From NCBI GenBank assembly GCA_050331235.1, contig JBHJHA010000088.1, positions 13,376 through 77,375 of the forward strand: a DNA stretch of 64,000 nucleotides, in the 5' to 3' direction. Source of the stretch: Leptolyngbyaceae cyanobacterium (lineage in GTDB: Bacteria > Cyanobacteriota > Cyanobacteriia > Phormidesmidales > Phormidesmidaceae). The notes beneath the pieces were generated by a model. It worked only from the letters and a program-made list of their open reading frames with translations. It was not told the DNA's origin and did not search any database. The position numbers and the translations under genes are program-made. Shown one piece after another: positions 55,013-64,000 of the stretch. Position 1 is the stretch's first letter. The number at the start of each line of letters is the position of its first letter.

Positions 55013-55218
55013 CAGACATCAGTTCTCTACGGAACGAGTCGCGCTGAGCGAAAGCTATTCAATCATCAGTTCTGTCCATGCCGACATGCTGTTTTGGGCG
55101 ACAGTACAGAATCGTTAACGGCTGGTGACTGCTAGACTCCGGAGCCTGAAAAAGTTTGGCACGACTGCTATCTTGACCAATAGGACCGCTTCCTTATCAA
55201 TGGGGCACTGCAATCATC

Positions 55219-55740
55219 ATGCTCGATCGGCGTCGTTTCCTTCAATACGCCATTGGTGGCGCATCGGTTAGTTTAGGATTCCATTGGCTGACCCACGGAC
55301 AGTCCGCCGCAACTGAGCTCGATCTTGACCAGTTTTGCCTGACCTATCCTTTCAACTCTCGTTGTGAGAACTATCTGCCCGGGGTAGAGGCATTGACCCC
55401 TGAAAACGAGCCCCATGCTTTGGGTAGGGTATTGAGTCAAAGCCGCGCGGGCGATCGCATCCCCGCCCAAGGCCTCGACGATTTGACGTACCTGGTCATT
55501 ACCAGTGGACCCGAGCTCGCCTCCTACGGCATCAGTGCCAAATGTCCTCACCTGGGCTGCACGGTCGACTGGAATCCTAACGAACAAGAATTTATCTGCC
55601 CCTGCCACGGTTCTCGGTTTGACTCTCTGGGCATGGTCACCAACGGTCCCGCCAATGAGGCGCTCGGGTTAGTGGTCGTGACTACCAACGCTGACCAAAT
55701 TGGCTTAGTCGATCAGTCACCAGAGACCAGTCCTCGCTAG
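55219..55740 (+). CDS. Tat-exported Rieske [2Fe-2S] protein (PetC-like paralog)
   Basis: DRRRFL twin-arginine signal; CPHLGC and CPCHGS motifs. Confidence 0.9.
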   Translation: MLDRRRFLQYAIGGASVSLGFHWLTHGQSAATELDLDQFCLTYPFNSRCENYLPGVEALTPENEPHALGRVLSQSRAGDRIPAQGLDDLTYLVITSGPELASYGISAKCPHLGCTVDWNPNEQEFICPCHGSRFDSLGMVTNGPANEALGLVVVTTNADQIGLVDQSPETSPR

Positions 55741-56987
55741 CCAGCGTGGCGCCCCGAGCAGTCCATTTGAGTTACAAAATCAAAAACTGCGTGGGCAAGA
55801 TGTCGCTTAGAACTCGACGGCACCACTAATTTTTCGCCCGTGCGGCTCAGCAATATCGCCTGGTTGCAATCACTGCCGAAGCCACTGTTGGCCTGATCAA
55901 TCGGATTTGCGACGATCGCGTCTAACCCCTTTTGGGTCAGCTTGCGCCGGGCAGGCGGTTCAATATCGCCCGTTTGCGCCGCAAAGCCAACCAGTACTTG
56001 GCGATCGCTCTTGATAGTAGAGAGCTGAGCCGCAATGTCGGGCACCGTTAACAGGGGCAGTGCCTCTGGTAACGACGCTTTGGGCAGCTTTGTCGCCGCG
56101 CGATCTCGGGGGCTTACATCGGCCACCGCCGCCGCCATGATAATCCAATCTGCCTGGGGCAAGTTGGCAACCATGGCCTGCTGCATTTCCTCAGCCGTTT
56201 TGATCGCCACTTGCTGCACACTAGTCAAACCTTGGCGATGTTCAGCCGCCATCGGTCCATGGACTAGGGTGACTGTAGCCCCGCGATGGTTCGCCGCTTG
56301 TGCTAAAGCTACCCCCATCTTGCCGGTGGAAGGATTGCCGATAAACCGCACCGGATCGAGATACTCCCGTGTGCTGCCGGCACTGATGAGGACGTGTTTA
56401 CCGGCTAAGTCGCGCTTACCCTGGGTCAACAGTAGCGAATCGATGTGGGCGATGATTTCGGTGGGCTCGGCTAGACGTCCCTGCCCCACGCGATCGCATG
56501 CCAATCGTCCCGTTCCAGGCGCGATCGCGTGGTAACGAGAATCGCTCAACAGTTTCCCCCAGTTGCGCCGCACACTTTGTTGCTGCCACATATCGGTGTT
56601 CATCGCTGGCACCAGCAGTACCGGACAGCGCGAAGCCAGCACCGTATTGGTGAGCAAATTATCCGCCAACCCATGGGTCAGCTTCCCTAGTGTATTGGCC
56701 GTTAACGGTGCGAGCACCAGCAAATCAGCCGTTTCGCCCACCTCAATGTGCAAGGGGCGAGACTGGGCCGCTGACCAAAAATCGCGATCGGTGTAGGCCG
56801 GGTGACGGCACAGTGTGGCAAATGTCAGCGGCGTAACAAACTCCTGAGCAGCAGTCGTCATGATAGGGATGACCTCAACTCCGGCCTTAGCCAGGGTAGA
56901 GGCCACCTCACATACTTTGTAAGCCGCGATGCCCCCACCAATACCTAAAATCACCCGTCCCTGAGCTGCTGACGTAGCTATACCCAT
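55737..56987 (-). CDS. coaBC: Phosphopantothenoylcysteine decarboxylase/ligase
   Basis: [51 protein letters not shown]. Confidence 0.96.
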   Translation of the reverse strand: MGIATSAAQGRVILGIGGGIAAYKVCEVASTLAKAGVEVIPIMTTAAQEFVTPLTFATLCRHPAYTDRDFWSAAQSRPLHIEVGETADLLVLAPLTANTLGKLTHGLADNLLTNTVLASRCPVLLVPAMNTDMWQQQSVRRNWGKLLSDSRYHAIAPGTGRLACDRVGQGRLAEPTEIIAHIDSLLLTQGKRDLAGKHVLISAGSTREYLDPVRFIGNPSTGKMGVALAQAANHRGATVTLVHGPMAAEHRQGLTSVQQVAIKTAEEMQQAMVANLPQADWIIMAAAVADVSPRDRAATKLPKASLPEALPLLTVPDIAAQLSTIKSDRQVLVGFAAQTGDIEPPARRKLTQKGLDAIVANPIDQANSGFGSDCNQAILLSRTGEKLVVPSSSKRHLAHAVFDFVTQMDCSGRHAG

Positions 56988-57003
56988 GACCTATCGCGCT
57001 GAA

Positions 57004-57219
57004 TTATTCTTCGTCAAACGGTTCATTATCGAGCAGGTAGGTATAGTTTTGCGCCAGTTCCGGCCGCTGAATGGCGATCGCCCTCAACAGGTGCCAATCC
57101 TTCAATCCGTCGAAGGCGCTGTCATAGGCGTCCAGTTCCAACCGCTGTGCCAGCGCCGCGACCGATTCGCGAGTCATGGCTGAAACCGACTCCTGAGATA
57201 CATCATGTAGTGCGCTCAT
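57004..57219 (-). CDS. DUF2555 family protein
   Basis: VAALAQRLE.D.Y..AFDGLKDWHLLRAIAIQRPEL; GGGGGAG before the ATG at 57219. Confidence 0.85.
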   Translation of the reverse strand: MSALHDVSQESVSAMTRESVAALAQRLELDAYDSAFDGLKDWHLLRAIAIQRPELAQNYTYLLDNEPFDEE

Positions 57220-57623
57220 GCTGACTCCCCCCAAAGCATTCTGATCGGCAAGATGCGTGGTTAAACTCAAACCGCTAGCAATTTCAGCCAGCTGAACAAT
57301 TTTGAGCTTCACGGGCTAGCAAACATTCGTCCACTGCTTCAACACAGTGACCACTAGCAAGCCCAACGCCTCTATCACTCAACAGCCTACTGCCACTAAA
57401 TCAGAATCATCAAAAACTGTTTAGTAAATTAGCGTTGAGTATCTTGATCATAGGAATCAGTCGATTGATTGCGATCGCTTTGCGGTAAATCTTATTTGGA
57501 TGTTTGCAACCCACAACCCAGGTTACAAGTTTCAGGGCCTTGTGATTGGAGACCGCCGCAAGTTGAGCCGTGACCAGGCCCGCCGCGCTATAAAATGCGG
57601 ATGAGCGATCGCACAGGTGAGCT

Positions 57624-57953
57624 ATGCGCAGAATCGATGTTATCGGCATTGGCCTAGGAATATTTTTGCTCGGCGGCGGCCTGTATGTGGGTTTTCGAGT
57701 GGCCGGGTTGGACGGATTATCGGCGGGTGTTTGGAGTCAGGTGATTTTCGTCGCTGGACTGCTCGGCTGGGTTGCGACGTATCTCTTTCGAGTGGTCACG
57801 AGCAATATGACCTACGGGCAGCAGCTCAGAGATTACGAAGAGGCGGTTTTGCAAAAACGCTTAGATGAAATGACACCCGAACAGTGGGCCGAACTGGAAG
57901 CCAAAGTTGCTGCGGAAAAGGCAGCGGAGCAAGAGTCCTCCTCGTCTTCGTAA
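57624..57953 (+). CDS. DUF3007 family membrane protein
   Basis: MRRIDVIGIG, W..TYLFRV...MTY.QQ..DYE. Confidence 0.88.
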   Translation: MRRIDVIGIGLGIFLLGGGLYVGFRVAGLDGLSAGVWSQVIFVAGLLGWVATYLFRVVTSNMTYGQQLRDYEEAVLQKRLDEMTPEQWAELEAKVAAEKAAEQESSSSS

Positions 57954-58053
57954 TTCAGGCGGCTTGACCGCGCTACCCAACAGTAGACGATCGCTCCGTC
58001 TTGCCCTAGATTGCTGTAGGGGTAAACTAGAGGGTCAATGAACCAGTCAAATT

Positions 58054-58857
58054 ATGAAATCAGTTTCTGAGCAGTTTCAGGCACTTCGCGATCAACAGCA
58101 GTGCGCGCTGATTCCGTTTGTGACGGCAGGCGACCCCAACCTAGACGCCACGGTCACCGCGCTTAAAGCCTTAGATCGCTGCGGTGCCGACCTTTTAGAG
58201 CTTGGTGTCCCCTACTCTGATCCACTGGCAGATGGCCCGGTGATTCAGGCAGCGGCCACCCGCGCCCTGCAAAACGGTACGACCTTAGATGACGTGCTCA
58301 ACCTGGTCAAAACCGTGGCACCTGAGCTCAGCGCCCCAATCATTCTCTTCACCTATTACAACCCCATTTTAAATCGCGGCATCGATACCTTTTTCAAAGA
58401 CATTGCCGCCGCCGGGGCCAAGGGATTAGTTGTGCCCGACCTGCCACTAGAAGAGGTCAGCGCCGTTACTCAGTCGGCTACCCAACACGGCATTGAGGTG
58501 ATTTTGTTGGTGGCCCCTACCAGCCCCAAAGAACGCATTCGGGCGATCGCTGAGCAGGCCCAGGGCTTTATTTATCTGGTCAGCGTTACTGGCGTTACCG
58601 GCGTCCGCTCAGAGGTGCAAGGCCGCGTCAAAGACCTGTTAGATGAGCTTCGCGGCATCACCGATAAACCCGTTGCCGTGGGATTTGGGGTCTCACAGCC
58701 GGAGCAAGCGGCTCAACTGCGAGCCTGGGGGGCCGATGGCGTGGTGGTAGGTAGCGCCTTTGTGAAACGCTTGGCCAGCGCGGAGGATGTCACCGCTGGG
58801 ATAAGTGCGATCGAAGCCTTTTGTACAGAGCTAGATCAAGCAGTAAAAGGTCGCTAA
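58054..58857 (+). CDS. trpA: Tryptophan synthase alpha chain
   Basis: [50 protein letters not shown]. Confidence 0.98.
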   Translation: MKSVSEQFQALRDQQQCALIPFVTAGDPNLDATVTALKALDRCGADLLELGVPYSDPLADGPVIQAAATRALQNGTTLDDVLNLVKTVAPELSAPIILFTYYNPILNRGIDTFFKDIAAAGAKGLVVPDLPLEEVSAVTQSATQHGIEVILLVAPTSPKERIRAIAEQAQGFIYLVSVTGVTGVRSEVQGRVKDLLDELRGITDKPVAVGFGVSQPEQAAQLRAWGADGVVVGSAFVKRLASAEDVTAGISAIEAFCTELDQAVKGR

Positions 58858-59706
58858 AAGTTCTGCACCCTAATGCAGCAAACAGGCATTGGCTTACTCC
58901 CCGAACAGATGCTCAAGCTTTTGGCAATCACCGAGCATGTCCCCGGTGCGGTCCAGGACAGCAGGTGTATGTCTAGTCGTGGGCCAAAGGAGATGCGGGG
59001 GGAGCAGGGAACATCGAACTTGCCCCCGAGACGCTGCCCGCACCCAACCTGGCTAAAGGTCCGACGGCCCGCATCTAGCGCCCAGCATGACGAGAATTCG
59101 CTTGGCTAGGGTTTACCGCAAGACCAGTTTGACCAGGAGGCAGCAACCGCAGGGGCGGTCTGATAGGTGGCGCTTTTGTGCAGAATTGCGACTATTTCGC
59201 CCGCCTGGCTACCAAGCAATTACGCTGGGCCGAAGTGTACAGCAGTTCCACGACGCAACTTTCTGGGATAGCTTTTCGTCCTGACAACCAGGTATCGGAG
59301 GGTGGCACTTGCAAATACGCTCCGACAGTTAGGAGCTCTTTGGCATCCTGCCTGCCGTTCGGTCGTGAAGCTTCATGAGCACCAGCGACAATTCCGGATG
59401 GCTATCACCACTGTTTTGATTGTCTGTTGCTAAGGGTGGCTCGCCCCTGGGCGGATGTCAATCTGCTTGGTGCAACTTCAGTTTATCGAAAGGTAAAGCC
59501 TGAGGGAGATTCAGGCATCCTTGTGGGGAAAGCTTAAGAGTGTACACGGCGGCAAAAATGTCCATCCAACTGGCACAGACATAAAGAGTGACACAACCCT
59601 ACCTTCTAAGACTGAGCTGTGTAGATAAAGTAAGGTTACTTTCCAAGGGTTCGATATTGCTCTGCTAAGGGCGATCGCGCAACTCTGCTGTGCACTACCA
59701 ACGCTT

Positions 59707-61032
59707 ATGATTCGCTCAATATCTTCTACTTCTATTTCACCGCTGTGTACTCAACAGACTCAGCCCTCTCAAGGTTCTTCTGCTTCTCCCAGTCTGCCCA
59801 TAGGTCAAGCAGAGACCATGCGCTCGTCGACGGGACCGGCTCCCGCATCCGGTAAGCAACCAGCCGCTGACAGTGTCCCCGACGAGCCAGCGCCCGAGTT
59901 CGTTGATTGGATCATGGCCGAATTTCAGCGGGAATTGCCGAAGCGGGTCAGCAGCTTACGCCAGGTGGCGACCCGCTTGGCCCGTGAGGTTGATCGCATC
60001 TGTCGTATGAGTCAGCGGATTCAATCCTCGGGTGAAGTGATTCACTGGCAGCGATCGCTGGCCCGCCATCGCATCACCAAATGCCTGAAATATTTTCAGC
60101 TCGGCTCAGAGCGCGGTCGGGTAGAACTGCACAGCACCTTGAGCGCGATCGCCTATCGCTACATCGCCCCCCGCAAGGCTCAGCTCGGTTTTGATGGTCG
60201 CTACACCCTGCTCGAGGATTTTCTCCAAGGGTTCTATATTGAATCGCTCAAAGCATTTCGCCGAGAAAACCGCGTGGAAGCTGACTATTCCCCCAAAACG
60301 CGCCTGCAGCTGTCTGAGTACATGACCTTTTGTGAGCAATACGCCAAACGCCGCATCACCATTCCCGGAGCCGTCAATCAGCAAATTATCGTATTGCGGG
60401 CACAAACCTTTGCCCGACGACAGCCTGACGAAACCTCAGTAGATATCGAGCGCGCCATGGAGTCGGCCCGATCCGATGAAATGGAGGGCTCAAACCGCTC
60501 TCCGGCTCTGCAGCAGGTTCGCGAGCAGATGGTTACCGAGGCGGATGACCCAGCCGATCAGGTGTTGCGCGATCGCATCATTCAAGAGCTGATTGAGTAT
60601 CTGGAAGAGCAAGATCAGCAGGACTGCATCGACTATTTCGTGCTGCGCCTCCAAGATTTGCCCGCTGCGGAAATTGATGAAATTCTCGATTTGACTGCCC
60701 GCCAGCGCGATTATCTCCAACAGCGTTTTAAGTATCACGTTGAAAAGTTTGCCCAGGTCCACAATTGGCATTTGGTGCACCAGTGGCTTGGCATTGACCT
60801 TGAACATAATCTCGGGCTGTCTTCCGAGCAGTGGAATGCCTTTGTTGAGACACTGGAACCCCTGCAGCAAAAGCTGCTCCAACTCCGCCGCCACCAAGTA
60901 CGCTCAGGGCAGTTAGAAATGGACACCGGCGAACTAGCCGAGCTGTTGGGCTGCACCCCTAAGCGGGTCAACCGGACCTGGGGGCAGATTCTCAATCTGG
61001 CGTGGAAATATCGCAATCAGAAAAACGCTTAA
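59707..61032 (+). CDS. HetZ-related protein
   Basis: YFQLGSERGRVELHSTLSAIAYRY, EDFLQGFY, RQRDYLQQRFKYH; C-terminal HTH-like segment. Confidence 0.85.
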   Translation: MIRSISSTSISPLCTQQTQPSQGSSASPSLPIGQAETMRSSTGPAPASGKQPAADSVPDEPAPEFVDWIMAEFQRELPKRVSSLRQVATRLAREVDRICRMSQRIQSSGEVIHWQRSLARHRITKCLKYFQLGSERGRVELHSTLSAIAYRYIAPRKAQLGFDGRYTLLEDFLQGFYIESLKAFRRENRVEADYSPKTRLQLSEYMTFCEQYAKRRITIPGAVNQQIIVLRAQTFARRQPDETSVDIERAMESARSDEMEGSNRSPALQQVREQMVTEADDPADQVLRDRIIQELIEYLEEQDQQDCIDYFVLRLQDLPAAEIDEILDLTARQRDYLQQRFKYHVEKFAQVHNWHLVHQWLGIDLEHNLGLSSEQWNAFVETLEPLQQKLLQLRRHQVRSGQLEMDTGELAELLGCTPKRVNRTWGQILNLAWKYRNQKNA

Positions 61033-61306
61033 CTAACAGGTGCTATAAGGCTCCGCGACATGGGTCAGCCAGCTCAGCATTATTTGCGGAGACGAATTGA
61101 AGCTCAACTGTGCGGCTGTGCCACCCGTTGCGATCTCCCTTGAATCGTCAAGGATCTTGGTAGCCAGGCTGCGCACGCCCCATCAGTGCAGTGCCGTCTA
61201 GCCTTTAGCGCGGCAACCTAGCGCGGTTGGGACCTAATTCACCCGTTACGCTAAGGGAAGAGTCGCTTTTTGCAAGCGGTCAATTTGAACCGCTAAATAT
61301 ATCGCT

Positions 61307-62128
61307 ATGCTGCATGGTTTTATTCCTTCCCATCGATATTTTGCCTACCTCACCTGGTCAATGATTGAGGCGATGGCAGATAAAGCGAATGTTGTTATCG
61401 TGCAGCCTCTGGGTGCCATCGAGCAACATGGTCCCCATTTGCCCTTAGCCGTTGATGCCGCGATCGCCAGCGCCGTTCTCGGCAAAGCTCTCACCGCATT
61501 ACCGGCCACGATTCCAGCTTTTGGCTTACCCCCGCTGTACTACGGCAAATCCAACGAGCACTGGCATTTTCCCGGCACGATTACGCTCTCGGCTCAAACG
61601 CTTCGCCAAGTCTTAATGGAGTCTGCCGAAAGCCTTTATCGCGCCGGATTTCGCAAATTGATCTGGCTCAACGCCCACGGGGGGCAGCCGCAGGTATTAG
61701 AAATGGCCGCCCGCGATTTACATCAGCGCTATCCTGATTTGCTCGTCTTTCCGCATTTTGTATGGAATGTCCCCAACCCAGCCGCTGAGCTGTTGACAGC
61801 AAAAGAGCTCGAACTGGGTATCCATGCTGGTGATGCGGAAACCAGCCTTATGTTGGCCCTTTTGCCAGGTCACGTTCAGGCTGAGCAGGCAGTCTGTGAG
61901 TATCCCCAGTTGCCAACCGACGGCCTGCTGAGCATGGAGGGCGCGCTACCGTTTGCCTGGGTCACTCGTGATTTGACCCGCAGCGGCGTTCTAGGAGATG
62001 CCACCGTCGCTAGCAAAGCCAAGGGCGATCGCCTGTTGGCCGCGTTGGTGCAGGGCTGGGTCAACGTCATCAGCGAAGTGCATCAGTTTCAGCAGCCTGC
62101 AGCTTGGCAACAGCCCCCAGAGAACTAG
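61307..62128 (+). CDS. Creatininase family amidohydrolase
   Basis: GAIEQHGPHLP, SNEH..FPGT, NAHGG, HAGDAETS. Confidence 0.92.
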   Translation: MLHGFIPSHRYFAYLTWSMIEAMADKANVVIVQPLGAIEQHGPHLPLAVDAAIASAVLGKALTALPATIPAFGLPPLYYGKSNEHWHFPGTITLSAQTLRQVLMESAESLYRAGFRKLIWLNAHGGQPQVLEMAARDLHQRYPDLLVFPHFVWNVPNPAAELLTAKELELGIHAGDAETSLMLALLPGHVQAEQAVCEYPQLPTDGLLSMEGALPFAWVTRDLTRSGVLGDATVASKAKGDRLLAALVQGWVNVISEVHQFQQPAAWQQPPEN

Positions 62129-62344
62129 TCGGATTTTGGCCAACGGTTAGCGGTCAGAATTTGTTGAACTTTCGTATCTCTGGCACCCGCTTTTGACGGG
62201 CATACAGTTTATACTCTGACTCCTGTGAAGCTGGCAGTCTCGTCGGCTGAAAGGGCCGAGATAGTTAATCGCTGTCTCTCCCGTCGCCAGCCTGAGGCTA
62301 GGGCAAAGGGCTGCTGCTTGATTTTGCTGTCTGTACTGCCAAAG

Positions 62345-63595
62345 ATGAAATCTCTCTTACTACGCCAAGGCCGCCTCGTCACAGCGCCGGATACAACGGT
62401 TGACCTCTTCATCGAAGCTGGCATCATTACCCAAATTGGGGCCAACTTAGACATCCCAGCGGATGAGGTGCTTGACCTAGAAGGTCAACTCGTCAGCCCG
62501 CCTTTTGTCGAGTCTCACATTCACCTCGATTCCGCGTTGACGGCCGGACAACCCCGGTGGAACCAGAGTGGGACCTTATTCGAAGGGATTGAAATCTGGC
62601 GAGAGCGCAAGCAGTCGCTGACTATCGAAGACGTCAAACAGCGGGCGATCGCAGCACTCAAGCTCCAGGCAAGTCAAGGGGTGCTATTTGTCCGGAGCCA
62701 TGCGGATGTGAGTGACCCTGATCAGACTCCTCTGCGGGCCCTACTATCAGTGCGCGAAGCGGTAAAGGACTGGCTCACGCTGCAGGTGGTGGCCTTTCCA
62801 CAAGAGGGGGTTTACAGCAGCCCCACCAGCGCCAAACAGCTGGAAGATGCCCTGAAACTGGGGGCCGATGTGGTGGGGGGCATTCCTCACTATGAGCTCA
62901 CCCGCGAAGAGGGGGTCAAGTCCATTCACTACATTTTTGACCTCGCCGAACGCTATGACCGCCTCGTCGATATCCACTGTGATGAAATTGATGACGACCA
63001 CTCCCGCTTTTTAGAGGTAGTGACGGCGGAAACCATTCGGCGGCAGATGGAACCTCGAGTCACGGCCAGTCATACTACTGCCTTTGGCTCCTACAACGAT
63101 GCCTATGCCTTTAAGCTAATGGGTTTCATCAAGCGAGCCCAGCTTAATTTTGTTTCTAACCCTCTGATCAATCTAACGCTACAGGGGCGGGCGGATACCT
63201 ACCCCAAACGTCGCGGCTTAACCCGGGTCAAGGAACTGTGGCAAAACGGGCTAAATCTGAGTTTGGGTCACGACTGCATCCAAGATCCTTGGTACAACTT
63301 GGGCACAGGTAGTGCCCTGGAGGTCGCGTTTGTGGCAGTGCACGCCTGCCAAATGACGGGCCGGGAGGAACTTGCGGCCTGCTACGACATGATTACCCAC
63401 AGCGGTGCCAAAACCTTGAATCTTGGCAACCAATATGGCATCGCCGTCGGCCGCCCCGCCAATCTGATTACCTTGGCAGCTACTGATACGATCGCGGCCA
63501 TCCGGGAGCGGGCCACCGTCCGCCACGTGATTTCGCGGGGGAGGTCTCTGGTCAGTACAGCGCCGCCCCAAACCGTATGGCATCGAGAGATTTAG
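62345..63595 (+). CDS. codA: Cytosine deaminase
   Basis: PPFVESHIHLD, WNQSGTLFEGI, VAFPQEG, IHCDEIDD, ASHTTA, GHDCIQDPWY; ATG at 62345. Confidence 0.93.
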   Translation: MKSLLLRQGRLVTAPDTTVDLFIEAGIITQIGANLDIPADEVLDLEGQLVSPPFVESHIHLDSALTAGQPRWNQSGTLFEGIEIWRERKQSLTIEDVKQRAIAALKLQASQGVLFVRSHADVSDPDQTPLRALLSVREAVKDWLTLQVVAFPQEGVYSSPTSAKQLEDALKLGADVVGGIPHYELTREEGVKSIHYIFDLAERYDRLVDIHCDEIDDDHSRFLEVVTAETIRRQMEPRVTASHTTAFGSYNDAYAFKLMGFIKRAQLNFVSNPLINLTLQGRADTYPKRRGLTRVKELWQNGLNLSLGHDCIQDPWYNLGTGSALEVAFVAVHACQMTGREELAACYDMITHSGAKTLNLGNQYGIAVGRPANLITLAATDTIAAIRERATVRHVISRGRSLVSTAPPQTVWHREI

Positions 63596-64000
63596 TGAGT
63601 TGTGGCCGTGGGCGATCGCTGCTTCAGCATTTGCAAAAACGCGAAAACACCCGGTGGATGTAACGCGTCAGCTAGCACAACAGCCCCGACATGACGTTCT
63701 AGCACCACCGGTAGCTGCGCAACCGCTACGCCAGTTGGCAAGGGATAGGCTGACAGCGACGGGATAATTGCTGCCCCTAGCCCCTGGGCCACCATACTCA
63801 AAATCGTACTGGTCTCACGAAACTGATAGCGCGGTTCGAGGGCGTATCCCGCCTGCTGAAAACAGGTTTGAACAGCGTCAAAACAGCTATTGTCATCGGG
63901 GTACACAATCAGCGTTAACGCCACCAACTGCTCCCTAGTCTGGGGGGTGGGCGGTGGGTCATCCTGGGGAGGTAACAAGACCCAAAACGGATCGCTCATC
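63592..64000 (-). CDS. LysR-family regulator, C-terminal substrate-binding part (runs off the window)
   Basis: TILSMVAQGLGAAIIP and LPVVLERHVG typical of the LysR effector domain. Confidence 0.85.
   Translation of the reverse strand, partial: MSDPFWVLLPPQDDPPPTPQTREQLVALTLIVYPDDNSCFDAVQTCFQQAGYALEPRYQFRETSTILSMVAQGLGAAIIPSLSAYPLPTGVAVAQLPVVLERHVGAVVLADALHPPGVFAFLQMLKQRSPTATTH

Noticed and set aside
58860..59400. rnpB, tmRNA or SRP RNA in the long intergenic region
   Set aside because: I found no hallmark motifs such as GAGGAAAGTCC or tRNA-like ends on either strand.
342..63583. Numerous short ORFs overlapping the long genes in antisense or alternative frames
   Set aside because: Shadow ORFs of well-supported genes, with no independent evidence.

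Overview
Chromosomal window from a cyanobacterium, probably a filamentous Leptolyngbya/Nodosilinea-like organism. The evidence is frequent HIP1 octamers (GCGATCGC) and cyanobacteria-typical genes: CCB1, DUF3155, DUF1824, DUF2555, DUF3007, a CTDH-like protein, a HetZ-like protein and cugP. The right half is mostly housekeeping (pgk, ubiA-type prenyltransferase, a pncB-nadD-nrtR-nadE NAD operon with an NrtR-type palindrome, trxA, cugP, rluD, fumC, coaBC, trpA, codA). The left half is signalling-rich, with two giant CBS/PAS/GAF hybrid kinases and an ABM/Fe-ADH/FIST/kinase/kinase run. The strongest candidate for a new system is at about 16.6-20.9 kb. It is a cellulose-synthase-like GT2 with no PilZ domain but with an RsbW/SpoIIAB-like kinase domain inserted inside its catalytic domain. 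A STAS anti-anti-sigma gene follows it, and a BcsC/PgaA-like outer-membrane barrel gene is transcribed divergently. Together these suggest a polysaccharide synthase controlled by partner switching. The synthase and the neighbouring DXCF cyanobacteriochrome kinase both carry in-frame stop codons. Elements missing from the ORF track are a 47-aa CxxC/CxxC microprotein, an IsaR1-like sRNA candidate with a Fur-like box, a structured codA leader and a MITE-like repeat. All calls come from reading motifs by eye; no database searches were run.
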